From NCBI RefSeq assembly GCF_048593235.1, contig NC_133619.1, positions 649,738,558 to 649,802,557 of the forward strand: a stretch of DNA of 64,000 bases. The letters are read 5' to 3'. This document shows, piece after piece, positions 14,445-26,258 of this stretch (its first letter is position 1; each line of letters begins with the position of its first letter). This stretch comes from Sminthopsis crassicaudata (Eukaryota). Made by a program: the position numbers and the translations under genes. Below the pieces are notes generated by a model that was not told the origin of the DNA, did not search any database, and worked only from the letters and a program-made list of their open reading frames with translations.

Positions 14445-17400
14445 ATGTCAGACACCGAGGAGCAAGATTATGAGGAGTAAGTATTGGGGGGGGAAAGGAT
14501 GGGGAATGGGTGCAGTAAATATTGTGGGGGGAAGGATGGGGAATGGGTGCAGTAAATATTGGGGGGGAGGATGGGGAAAGGCTGCACCTTGATGTCTGAA
14601 TCTAACTTCTTCCTCTCTCCTGCCCCAATCCGTAGGGAACAGCAGGAAGGTGAGTCGAGGGCCTTGGGATGGAGGGAAAGGAAGATCGGACTCCTGGGTC
14701 CTGAAGGTGTGGGCGCTGGGGTTCGGACCCCCGGGTCCCGTACTCTGAACTTGAGAAGGCCAAGGAAGGCGGCCCAGGTGCCCGAGGACTTCACACGGAG
14801 GAGAGGAGGCGGCCGGCTTTAACTCTTTCAGCACCACGGCGCTGTCCACCGCCCCCTCCCAAAGACAACCCTTTTTTTTTTCTTTTTTCTCCCTCTAACC
14901 TGTGGGTTCCCTGACCTCAGAGGAGGAGGCCGCCGAGGAGGAAGGTGAGTTCACGGGGACGGTGACGGAGGGGTGCTTGGCTCTCTGAATTTGGGGGGGG
15001 GGGCTGGAAGCTGGATTCTTACTGCTGCGTGACCGCTAAGACTGAAGGGAGCTTAGAGATCCTTGGGGCCAAGACTGCCCAGTGTACCCCTGGGGCTGGG
15101 AGGGGGGTGACAGCCCAGAGAGGGCAAGGGGGCTGCCAGTGCATTCAGTGGGGGGGGGGGAACTCTCCACCTGGCGCCAGATTCTGCCCTTTAACAGCCT
15201 CTCCTCTTTCTCCCCTCCCCCTGCACTGCTGGCGGGACCCCCTCCCCAATTCCTCGCTTCTCCCTCCCCCCCCACCCCAGCCCCCGAGGAGTCGGAGCCG
15301 GTCGCAGAGCGAGGTACGGTGGTCGCTTCGCTTCCGTCTCCGGGAACCGGGCAGGGGGGAAATCCCATCCAGGCCGCGGCCCCTTCACTCCATCCCTGGG
15401 TATTCTCTAAGCAATACCCAGCCCCCTTTGAGGGGCCGCACCCACTCCTTTCCCACACCTGCCTTCTTTCCTTGATATACATTCAAAGGTTTGGGGTTCG
15501 GAGGGAGGGGAGCTAAGAAAGCTGGGGGTCGGGAGCTCCTAGATGCCTGAATTTGGCAGGTGGCCCCGGTGGAAACTGGGAGATCCCTAATGGGGCACCT
15601 GGGTCCCTGAGGGGGTGGGGGAAGGAGTGCCACAGAGGGCAGGTCCAACGGGCCCTTGAGGAGGGGTTTGCTGAGTGAGGGGATATCAGGGTCCCTGAGT
15701 GGGAAGGGACTGGGAAAAGGGAAACAGGGATCCCTGGAGGATGGGGAACACTCCCCAACAAATTGTGAATGTATATGGTCGCTGTGTGATCCCAGCTCTG
15801 CACCCCCTACCCATTTTACCCCCCTCCCTGAGGGCAAGAGGAATCGGTACCCAGACCCTTCCCAATCCTCCTGAGACCTAGGATCAAGGGAGGTATTAGT
15901 CTCCCAACCCATTTTTTCTTCTCTAATTATCTCTCTCTGTCTTCAACTCCCTCCTTACAGAAGAGGAGCGACCCAAACCCAGGTGAGTGTCTGTCCTAAC
16001 GGTGGACTGCGTCCAGAGGGCAATCCTGAATCACAGGGAACGTGACTAATCCTCTCCCATTTCACAGATGGGGGTGGGGGGCTCAGAAAGAGAGAAACAC
16101 TTTTTGCTCAAGGTCACACAAGCTTTNNNNNNNNNNNNNNNNNNNNNNNNNNNNNNNNNNNNNNNNNNNNNNNNNNNNNNNNNNNNNNNNNNNNNNNNNN
16201 NNNNNNNNNNNNNNNNNNNNNNNNNNNNNNNNNNNNNNNNNNNNNNNNNNNNNNNNNNNNNNNNNNNNNNNNNNNNNNNNNNNNNNNNNNNNNNNNNNNN
16301 NNNNNNNNNNNNNNNNNNNNNNNNNNNNNNNNNNNNNNNNNNNNNNNNNNNNNNNNNNNNNNNNNNNNNNNNNNNNNNNNNNNNNNNNNNNNNNNNNNNN
16401 NNNNNNNNNNNNNNNNNNNNNNNNNNNNNNNNNNNNNNNNNNNNNNNNNNNNNNNNNNNNNNNNNNNNNNNNNNNNNNNNNNNNNNNNNNNNNNNNNNNN
16501 NNNNNNNNNNNNNNNNNNNNNNNNNNNNNNNNNNNNNNNNNNNNNNNNNNNNNNNNNNNNNNNNNNNNNNNNNNNNNNNNNNNNNNNNNNNNNNNNNNNN
16601 NNNNNNNNNNNNNNNNNNNNNNNNNNNNNNNNNNNNNNNNNNNNNNNNNNNNNNNNNNNNNNNNNNNNNNNNNNNNNNNNNNNNNNNNNNNNNNNNNNNN
16701 NNNNNNNNNNNNNNNNNNNNNNNNNNNNNNNNNNNNNNNNNNNNNNNNNNNNNNNNNNNNNNNNNNNNNNNNNNNNNNNNNNNNNNNNNNNNNNNNNNNN
16801 NNNNNNNNNNNNNNNNNNNNNNNNNNNNNNNNNNNNNNNNNNNNNNNNNNNNNNNNNNNNNNNNNNNNNNNNNNNNNNNNNNNNNNNNNNNNNNNNNNNN
16901 NNNNNNNNNNNNNNNNNNNNNNNNNNNNNNNNNNNNNNNNNNNNNNNNNNNNNNNNNNNNNNNNNNNNNNNNNNNNNNNNNNNNNNNNNNNNNNNNNNNN
17001 NNNNNNNNNNNNNNNNNNNNNNNNNNNNNNNNNNNNNNNNNNTATTGACTTGTCCGGTTGATTATAGAATTAGAAAAAGTTCCAAGAGATTGAGGAAGAT
17101 CACACTAACCAGGGCTTCTGATTTCCTTACTTTCTGACTTTTCCCAGAAGTTATTTAGTGTACCTAGGGTCAGATTGGAACTCAGGGCCTTCTGATTCCT
17201 CTAAGATCAGTGCTCTATCCACGGCACCATCTAGCTGCCCTCACGCAGGAAGTCTTGACCAAAGTGGTACAGGAAGGGAGCTTAGGAAATGTTTGCTTAG
17301 TCTTTGCTTTGTAGATAGAAGGAAAACGAGACTCACCAGGAATGGGGACTTGGTCAAGCCTATGAGGTGCAATCCACCATTTAGTGCTTCCCCAAATGGT

Positions 17401-20400
17401 CTCAAGGGAACATGTGAAGTGGTGCTCAGGGCTCACCCTCCCGAAGACACATTCCTGCAGCCTTTTGGAAGATTCAGTTTGATCTCTTATTAGTCCAAGA
17501 TTTGGGGGAAGAGAGAAGAGGGAACAAAGGAGACCCTCGCCCTGATTGTGAGGTCTTCACTAGCCCTTCCTCTGTTTCCCTGCCCTGCCCAGCAGGCCCG
17601 TGGTGCCTCCACTGATCCCACCAAAGATCCCTGAGGGAGAGAGAGTCGATTTCGATGTGAGTGGAGGGAGTAGACGGCACTGGGGGCGTTCTGTGTGCCT
17701 GGCTGGAGCTTCTGGCTTTAAGTTTGTGCCACTGAGTCTTGCCTGCTTGCTGGCTGGTGGGAGGGGTCTCCAGCAGGTGCTGATCTGCACCAGCCCATTC
17801 ACTCATAGGGCTGCCTCCTAAAGCCCTAAACCGAGAACTGGGAAGTGCGGCCCCGAGCCTGGTCCCCGAAGCCCACCTGACATGGCACGTTCGAAATCTC
17901 CATGTGGCTGCTGGGCTGGAGCAGGGAAGTTGGGAGCTAGTGCTAAAAGTCCTGCCTTAATGATCTCTGAAACAAGTTCCCCATGCCCCAAATGTCACTC
18001 CTAGGACATCCACCGAAAACGCATGGAGAAGGACCTGCTGGAGCTGCAGACCCTGATCGACGTTCACTTTGAGCAGAGGAAGAAGGAGGAGGAGGAGCTC
18101 GTGGGGCTGAAGGACAGGATTGTGAGTGTTGGGGAGCCAAGGCATCCCCCTCTCCCAACCATGGGACCCTGACATGGGCCTCAGGGCAAGCTCCTCCAAG
18201 GCCATGGGTTTCCTTGAGCAGATCCCCCAGGCAATCTCCCAGGGCTGTGATGCTTGTAGGGAATCTTGTGTTTGAGAAACCACAAGGTCACAGATGGAGA
18301 TCTCATAGCCCTTGGGACCGCACTCTTCCATTTTTTTTTTTCTTGAGGCTGGGGTTATGTGACTTGCCCAGGGTCACACAGCTAGGAAGTGTTAAGTGTC
18401 TGAGATCACATTTGAACTCAGGTCCTCCTGAATTCAAGGCTGGTGCTCTATCCACTGCACCACCTAGTTGTCCCTGCACCTTTCCATTTTACACTTGAGG
18501 AAACTGAGACCCAGCCAGGTAGCTGGAGCTTCTAAAGCCCAACGAATGCATTTCCTTACTTTGGAGGCACCTGGTGGCTTAGACCAGAGATTCTTAAACT
18601 TTCCCCGGGCCAAGAAATGATAGCTGCACAGATCCAACATGTAGTAATAATAAATCCCCAAGAAACGTTAGAACACTTCTTTGGTACACGCATTTTGCCA
18701 TTTATTAAAGATGAAGGCACATTTGCAGACCAATGATGGGACAGAGGTTCTTGTTTACTTTTATATAAAGAAATCTTGGCGGGATATTTAGTACCTTTTA
18801 TTGTTGTCCATTTTTCCACAATCTCCACATCCAGTTACAGGCCCTCTTATGGCATCTCCACCTACAGTTCAAGCAGCTTTGGCTTAGACACTTACTGGCT
18901 ATATGACCCTGGGCAAGTCACTTCACTAATGCTGCCTCAGTTTTCTCATCTCTAAAATGGGAATGATAATAGCACCTCCCTGTGGGGTTGTTTTGTCAGG
19001 ATTCAATGAGATAATAGTTGTGAAGGTTCTTTGCAAACCTACTCTAGACACATTGCTGGGATGTTATCAGGAGGAGGGGACTTGAGACCCCAAGAGATTA
19101 AGGAAGGGCCATTCCTCAGATCACAAGAACCAGGGCTTCTGATCTCCTTACTTTCCCAGGAGTTCCCAGTGCCACAGGGAGGTGGGTGCAGGGGAGGATG
19201 GGGGACAATCCTCTCCTCTCACTCGCCTCTCCCTCCAGGAACGCCGGAGAGCAGAGCGAGCGGAGCAGCAGCGCGTCCGGACAGAGAAGGAGAGGGAGCG
19301 ACAAGCCAAGCTGGCGGTGGGCCCCCCTTCCCTTCTCTGCCAACCACACAGCCTTCCAGGCCTTCTTGTTTTCTGCTGGCTCCGGTCCCCCCTGAGCCCA
19401 GGCTCCTCATCTCCAAAGGGAGATGCTCTGTAAGGCTCCTTCCTGCTGGAGCCTTGCTCAAGGCCTAACTTTACCCAGGGAAAAAGTTACTTAAGCAGCC
19501 TGCTTGCAGGCTCAGGCCCCTGGGCCTCTCTGGGCCCCATGAGCCTCTCTGGGCCCCTGGGCCTCTCTGGGTCCTGTGGGCCTCTCTGGGCCCCATGAGC
19601 CTCTCTGGGCCCCTGGGCCTTCTGGGCCCCCGTGGGCCAATCTAGGTCCCATGGGCCTCTCTGCCCCCCACATGGGCCTCTCGGGGCCCCCGTGGGCCAA
19701 TCTAGGTCCCATGGGCCTCTCTGGGCCCCCATGAGCCTCTCTGGGCCCCATGGGCCTCTCTGGGCCCCATGAGCCTCTCTGGGCCCCCATGAGCCTCTCT
19801 GGGACCCCATGAGCCTCTCTGGGTCCTGTGGGCCTCTCTGGGCTCCCATGAGCCTCTCTGGGCCCCCATGAGCCTCTCTGGGCTCCCATGAGCCTCTCTA
19901 GGCCCCGTGGGCCTCTCTGGGCCCCATGAGCCTCTCTGGGCCCCATGAGCCTCTCTGGGCCCCATGAGCCTCTCTGGGCCCCCATGAGCCTCTCTGGGCC
20001 CTTGGGCCTCTCTGGGTCCTGTGGGCCTCTCTGCCCCCCCATGGGCCTCTCTGGGTCCTGTGGGCCTCTCTGGGCCCCCATGAGCCTCTCTGGGTCCTGT
20101 GGGCCTCTCTGGGCCCCCATGAGCCTCTCTGGGCCCCTGGGCCTCTCTGGGTCCTGTGGGCCTCTCTGGGCTCCCATGAGCCTCTCTGGGTCGGCTACTT
20201 CATGAATGTCTGAGAGAGAGAGAAGGGGCTCCCCGGGTCAGGCCCTGAGGACACCACTCCAGAATCTCTCCACAGCTGCTCCCAGGGAGTTACCCCTAGC
20301 CTGGAGGGGGGGTGGGGGAGGGCAAGCGGCAAAGCCCCGCCCACACGGGCCTTTAGAGACAGCTCCCACCCCCAGCCCGTCGCATCCAGGAGCTGGTCCC

Positions 20401-23400
20401 ATCTTTTCTACATCCTTCCTCTCCCGCCCCCCCCCCCCCCCAGGAGGAAAAGATGAGGAAGGAGGAGGAAGAGGCGAAGAAAAGGGCTGAAGATGACGCC
20501 AAAAAGAAGAAGGTCCTGTCCAATATGGGCGCCCACTTTGGGGGCTACCTGGTCAAGGTAATGTTGGCTGGGCCTCTGGGGGGGCTCGCGGTGGGGGATG
20601 GGGCTGGGGGCTTCACCAGGCCTCCCTCCCCGCAGGCAGAGCAAAAGCGGGGGAAACGCCAGACGGGAAGAGAGATGAAGCAGAGAATTCTGTCGGAGCG
20701 GAAGAAACCCTTGAACATCGATCATATGGGGGAGGAGCAGCTCAGGTGGGAGCACAAGTGCAGGGGGAGGAGGGAGGGAAAAAATGGGGGGGAGGAGAAC
20801 AGCCGATAGACGCTCGCGGAGGGCCAGAGGGGACTGCGCACGCACCGAAGTCCGAAGACAGAAGCAGGATGAAGAGGGGCTGGGAGAAGCTTGGAGAAAT
20901 TTATGAGGGGACAAAAGGAGGCTTGGAGCAGAGCCCGAGGGGCGGGAGGTGGGATCCGCCACCTGCAGCTCTGGGGAGGAAAGGCGAAGAATAAAAGGGG
21001 AGCGGGAGACGGCTTTCCCGCAGGCAGAGGCGGCGCGCGGCCAGCAGGGGGCTGCTTTCCCGCAGGCAGAGGCGGCGCGCGGCCAGCAGGGGGCGGCTTT
21101 CCCGCAGGCAGAGGCGGCGCGCGGCCAGCAGGGGGCGGCTTTCCCGCAGGCAGAGGCGGCGCGCGGCCAGCAGGGGGCACCACCGCCACGCAGCCCCCGA
21201 GACGGAGCTGGTCTCGGGCCTCGGCGGGCGCCGGCTGGAGACGGACTCGGAGCCAAGGAGAGCCCCGTTCTTCCTGGAGGCCCCGGGGGCTGAGGAGGGG
21301 CTGGCGCGGGCGCATCTCCGTGGAAGAGCCGGGGCAGGCGGGGGGGAGGGGGGGTCAGGGCGTGAGGGAGCGGGACAGAGCGGGGCAGGCGAGTCCGCAG
21401 AGCGGACGGAAGCAGGGACGGGCGCTGCGCGGGCCCGCGGGGCCCATGGTCTCCCTCCCGCCCCTGTCCCGCAGGGAGAAGGCCCGGGAGCTGTCCGACT
21501 GGATTCACCAGCTGGAGTCCGAGAAATTTGACCTGACCGAGAAACTAAAGCAGCAGAAGTATGAGGTGAGGGGGGCGGGGCGGGGGGGGGGCCTGAGGGA
21601 GGGGGGGAGGGAGGCCATCACCCCTTCCTCTGAACCTTCCTTCTCCGCCCCCAGATCAACGTTCTCTACAACCGAATCAGCCACGCCCAGAAATTGTAAG
21701 TGGGTCTCACCCCCTGCCCCCCTTCCAACACCCGCATCCCTCAGCTCTCCTGCCGTTTCTCTCCCCGCGTCTCTGCCCCCTCTAGGGGGCGCTCCTGGGC
21801 TTCTCCCTTTGTGTCTGTAGCTCCGTGTCTGTCTTTCCCCGTCCTCTTCCTCAACCCCCAGCTTCTTTTTAAGGTGATCGGGATTTCCGGACTCAGTACT
21901 AAAAGGATGGTAAATGGAGCAGTAGAAAAAGAGACTGCGGTCTCAGAGAACCCCGGGGGCTCATTTCCCTTTTTGACCCGACTAGGGCCGGCAGATCGCA
22001 GCAGTGTCTGGGCCTCGGGCACCGGGCGGAGAGCGGTGCCTCCGGGGCTGGGGGAGGGGCCGGATTCAGAGGGGCTCCTGTGGGGGAACCCTGGGAAGCC
22101 GAGCTTCCTCCGCCTCCGCGGGATGACCTTTACCGTCCCGGGATAAAGGGCGTGATGGCGCCCTCGGGGCCGCCTAGTGGAGCCGCCGAGAGTGACCAGG
22201 CCCGGGTCGGGGCGAGTCTGACAGGAGGGAAGTCTGGGGAAGGCCCGGCTTACACCCTGGGCCGTGGGGTCTCGGGCTCCCAGACGCCAGGCTGGAAGGA
22301 GCCACTGAGGACACTAGAGGACCGTCCCCAGAGGGGGAAGTGACTGGCTTGAGGCCACACGGGCGGCCCTCAGGGACTTAGTGTGGCCGGTGCATGGCCA
22401 TGGTCAGCCATGGAGACGGTGGCGCCCACGTGGCCTTTGGGCCTTGGGCGGCTCCCAGGGCCCGAGCTGCTCCCCAGCATCGCGGCCCAGGCCGCTAGCC
22501 AGAGCTCTTGGGTCCCGTACAAGTGATGATGCAGTGAGGGGGACCGTCTGGGTTCCCACGCCCTCAGGCTGGGCGCCAGCTTATTCCACCAAGTAAATGA
22601 GGGGGCTCTGCTGGCTGGGAGCCGGGGAACGCCCCCTCCGAGGAGCTGGAGGGAAGACCGCCCCAGGACCGTAGAGAAGTGGCAGTGGGTGGCAGTGGGC
22701 CGCAGCCCAGGGCTTGAGCACCAAGGTTGGTGGGAAGGATAACACCGTAGAGACGGCTGTGGGAGGAGAAAGTGGCCTGGTGCTGAGGGGAGCAAGGGCT
22801 GGTCATGAGGCCTGCTGGTACCCAAGGCCCCTGGGGGACTGGACACAAGCCCTGCTGGTACCCAAGGCCCCTGGGGGGCTGGACACAAGCCCTGCTGGTA
22901 CCCAAGGCCCCTGGGGGACTGGACACACAGTCAGCTCTTTCCAAGCCCCTGGGGGACTGGACACATGGTCAGCTCTTTCCCAAGCCCCTGGGGGACTGGA
23001 CACATGGTCAGCTCTTTCCCAAGCCCCTGGGGGACTGGACACACGGTCAGCTCTTTCCCAAGCCCCTGGGGAACTGGATACATGGTCAGCTCTTTCCCAA
23101 GCCCCTGGGGGACTGGACACATGGTCAGCTCTTTCCCAAGCCCCTGGGGGACTGGACACACAGTCAGCTCTTTCCCAAGCCCCTGGGGAACTGGATACAT
23201 GGTCAGCTCTTTCCCAAGCCCCTGGAGGACTGGACACATGGTCAGCTCTTTCCCAAGCCCCTGGGGGACTGGACACATGGTCAGCTCTTTCCCAAGCCCC
23301 TGGGGGACTGGACACACGGTCAGCTCTTTCCCAAGCCCCTGGGGGACTGGACACACGGTCAGCTCTTTCCCAAGCCCCTGGGGGACTGGACACACGGTCT

Positions 23401-26114
23401 GCTCTTTCCCAAGCCCCTGGGGAACTGGACACACGGTCAGCTCTTTCCCAAGCCCCTGGGGAACTGGACACATGGTCAGCTCTTTCCCAAGCCCCTGGGG
23501 GACTGGACACACGGTCAGCTCTTTCCCAAGCCCCTGGGGGACTGGACACACGGTCAGCTCTTTCCCAAGCCCCTAGGGGACTGGACACAAGGCCTACTGG
23601 TACCCAAGCCCCTGGGGGACTGGACACACGGTCAGCTCTTTCCCAAGCCCCTGGGGGACTGGACACACGGTCTGCTCTTTCCCAAGCCCCTGGGGGACTG
23701 GACACACGGTCAGCTCTTTCCCAAGCCCCTGGGGGACTGGATACATGGTCAGCTCTTTCCCAAGCCCCTGGAGGACTGGACACATGGTCAGCTCTTTCCC
23801 AAGCCCCTGGGGGACTGGACACACGGTCAGCTCTTTCCCAAGCCCCTGGGGGACTGGATACATGGTCAGCTCTTTCCCAAGCCCCTGGGGGACTGGACAC
23901 ATGGTCTGCTCTTTCCCAAGCCCCTGGGGGACTGGACACACGGTCAGCTCTTTCCCAAGCCCCTGGGGGACTGGACACACGGTCTGCTCTTTCCCAAGGC
24001 CCCTGGGGAACTGGACACACGGTCAGCTCTTTCCCAAGCCCCTAGGGGACTGGACACAAGGCCTGCTGGTACCCAAGCCCCTGGGGGACTGGACACACGG
24101 TCAGCTCTTTCCCAAGCCCCTGGGGGACTGGACACACGGTCAGCTCTTTCCCAAGCCCCTGGGGACTGGACACAAGGCCTGCTCTTTCCCAAGCCCCTGG
24201 GGGACTGGACACACGGTCTGCTCTTTCCCAAGCCCCTGGGGAACTGGATACATGGTCAGCTCTTTCCCAAGCCCCTGGGGGACTGGACACACGGTCAGCT
24301 CTTTCCCAAGCCCCTGGGGGACTGGACACACGGTCAGCTCTTTCCCAAGCCCCTGGGGGACTGGATACATGGTCAGCTCTTTCCCAAGCCCCTGGGGGAC
24401 TGGACACAAGGCCTGCTGGTACCCAAGGCCCCTGGGGACTGGACACACAGTCTGCTCTTTCCCAAGGCCCCTGGGGGACTGGACACACGGTCTGCTCTTT
24501 CCCAAGGCCCCTGGGGAACTGGACACACGGTCTGCTCTTTCCCAAGGCCCCTGGGGGACTGGATACATGGCCTACTCTTTCCCAAGGCCCCTGGGGGACT
24601 GGACATACAGTCGGCTCTTTCCCAAAGCCCCTGGGGGACTGGACACAAGGCCTGCTGGTACCCAAGGCCCCTGGGGGACTGGATACATGGCCTACTCTTT
24701 CCCAAAGCCCCTGGGGGGCTGGACACAAGGCCTGCTGGTACTCAAGGCCTCTGGAGGACTGGACATATAGTCTGCTCTTTCCCAAGCCCCCTGGGGCCTG
24801 GATACATGGCTTACTCTTTCCCAAGGCCCCTGGGGGACTGGACACAAGGCCTGCTCTTTCCCAAGGCCCCTGGGGGACTGGACATACAGTCGGCTCTTTC
24901 CCAAAGCCCCTGGGGGACTGGACACAAGGCCTGCTGGTACCCAAGGCCCCTGGGGGACTGGACACAAGGCCTGCTCTTTCCCAAGGCCCCTGGGGGACTG
25001 GACACACAGCCTACTCTTTCCCAAGGCCCCTGGGGGATTGGACACACAGCTTGCTGGTGGTACCCAAGGAGGGTAGGGCATAGAGGGTGGGTAGGGTTCC
25101 ATATGCATCCTCTGTGAGGAAGTGTAGGAGGCTGTGAAATCACTCATTTGCTGCAGTATTTAAATCAATAATTGATGCTTGGGGTAAAAAAAATTAAAAC
25201 TCTTGCAAATACATTTTAGGGAACACATGGATAGATAATCCATCTGAGAAAGATCTGAGGGTGTTAGTGGGCCACAAGTTCAGCATGAGGTAACGGAATA
25301 GTATGGAGGACAAAAAGGAAATTCAATAGGGACATATTAAGAGAAGCAGGGAAAGTGCTATAACTCTAGCTGCATGAGAAAAGTGTCCTGGCCAGAAGGG
25401 GGCCAAGAGCATCGGACTCAAGCCTCTCTTGGATGGCCTGCTAAGTTCTGGGTAGTGAGGGCTAGCATAGATACAGGTTGGGGGCAGCTGACTCCCTGTC
25501 TCCCCCCACTTGTCTGTCACCCCTCCTTCTGTCTGGGTCTTCCCCCCTTTTTCTCTCTCCATTGTTCTCTCCTCCCCTCTGTTTCTCTCCCTCTCTCTCT
25601 CTCTCCCCCACCATCAACCTGTCTCTGTCTGTGTTTCTGTCTCAGGCTGAGCATGTCTTCTCAGTATCCCCCAGCATCTTGTCATCCTAAATGTGTCTCC
25701 CTAAGACTCAGTCTCCCCATCTGTTTCTCCCTGGATCTGTTGGGCTCTGTATCCTCCACACTTCAATTTGTCCTTTCCCCTCTCTCCTTTCCTTCCTCCC
25801 CAACTCATGCCATACACCAGCTTAGATTCTCACTTCTAACCCTTCCAAGTCCACTGACCATGACAGTGATGAGAAACAGCCCCCCAAGACATGGCACACC
25901 AAAGGGACGGCTCATGTTGATCCAATAAACCCCACAAATAGCTGGCCGTCCTCGAGCCCCATGGACAGCAACTCTGTGGTTGGGAGCCTGTGCTTGCAGA
26001 GCTGGGAGGTGGGCTTCCTGGGACCCCATCCAGCCCTGGGGCTGACTCCCGTCTGTCTCCCTGAGCAGTAGGAAGGGGGCCGGCAAGGGTCGTGTTGGCG
26101 GACGCTGGAAGTGA
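14445..26114 (+). CDS. TNNT1: Slow skeletal troponin T, 261 aa including alternative exon 5. Exons 14445-14476, 14636-14649, 14921-14944, 15281-15313, 15961-15982, 17593-17656, 18005-18121, 19239-19316, 20444-20557, 20636-20745, 21475-21565, 21655-21695, 26069-26114
   Basis: [86 protein letters not shown]. The 786 nt join in frame and all introns are GT-AG. Confidence 0.97.
14477..14587. repeat. Three 37-38-bp tandem copies beginning at the TNNT1 exon 2 donor
   Basis: GTAAGTATTGG.. at 14477, GTAAATATTG.. at 14515 and 14552. Confidence 0.8.
16127..17042. other. Assembly gap (916 N) in TNNT1 intron 6
   Basis: Run of N. The flanking exons join in frame, so no constitutive coding exon appears to be missing. 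Confidence 0.99.
17165..17240 (-). mobile_element. Partial marsupial tRNA-derived SINE (WSINE1/MAR1-like), 5' half
   Basis: GTGCTCTATCCACGGCACCATCTAGCTGCCC is the reverse complement of the SINE head. Confidence 0.65.
18331..18474 (-). mobile_element. Full-length marsupial SINE (WSINE1-like)
   Basis: Reverse complement reads GGGACAACTAGGTGGTGCAGTGGATAGAGCACCAGCC..GAGGACCTGAGTTCAAAT..TGACCCTGGGCAAGTCAC..poly(A), with A and B boxes. Confidence 0.85.
18885..19035 (+). mobile_element. MIR-like SINE
   Basis: TGACCCTGGGCAAGTCACTT..GCCTCAGTTTTCTCATCTCTAAAATGGGAATGATAATAGCACC core. Confidence 0.7.
19511..20190. repeat. 19-20-bp variable minisatellite, TNNT1 intron 9
   Basis: GGGCCCCCATGAGCCTCTCT-type units with variants. 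Confidence 0.93.
21011..21178. repeat. 42-bp CpG-rich tandem repeat, 4 copies, TNNT1 intron 11
   Basis: CTTTCCCGCAGG recurs at 21013, 21055, 21097 and 21139. Confidence 0.93.
22805..25050. repeat. 39-bp minisatellite, about 55-58 copies, TNNT1 intron 13
   Basis: Unit GGACTGGACACACGGTCAGCTCTTTCCCAAGCCCCTGGG with interspersed GCTGGTACCCAAGG variants. Confidence 0.97.
25200..25400 (+). mobile_element. Old CR1/L3-like LINE fragment
   Basis: GAGAAAGATCTGAGGGTGTTAGTGGGCCACAAGTTCAGCATGAG resembles CR1/L3 ORF2 remnants. Recognised by eye only. Confidence 0.45.
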
Positions 26115-26252
26115 GCCTTCCATCCAAGGAGAGACCCGGAGAGAGGATCGCAGTGGCCCTTCCCATCTAGTCCTGAGATGCCCCTACTCCTCTGACCCCG
26201 CAGGCAGCCCCTGCCCTCGACCCCACTTTCAGCTTCTTGCCTGATATTCTTG

Positions 26253-26258
26253 AATAAA
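26253..26258 (+). terminator. Polyadenylation signal of TNNT1
   Basis: AATAAA about 140 nt after the stop codon. Confidence 0.8.

Noticed and set aside
16042-17061. ORFs spanning X runs (also 61341-62271)
   Set aside because: Artefacts of N gaps and low-complexity purine/pyrimidine tracts.
17095-19170. About 35-bp similarity between 17098-17145 and 19118-19165
   Set aside because: Probably independent remnants of the same ancient SINE family.
22714-25147. Long ORFs of 400-770 aa on both strands
   Set aside because: They result from a stop-free 39-bp tandem repeat inside TNNT1 intron 13, with no splice or domain support.
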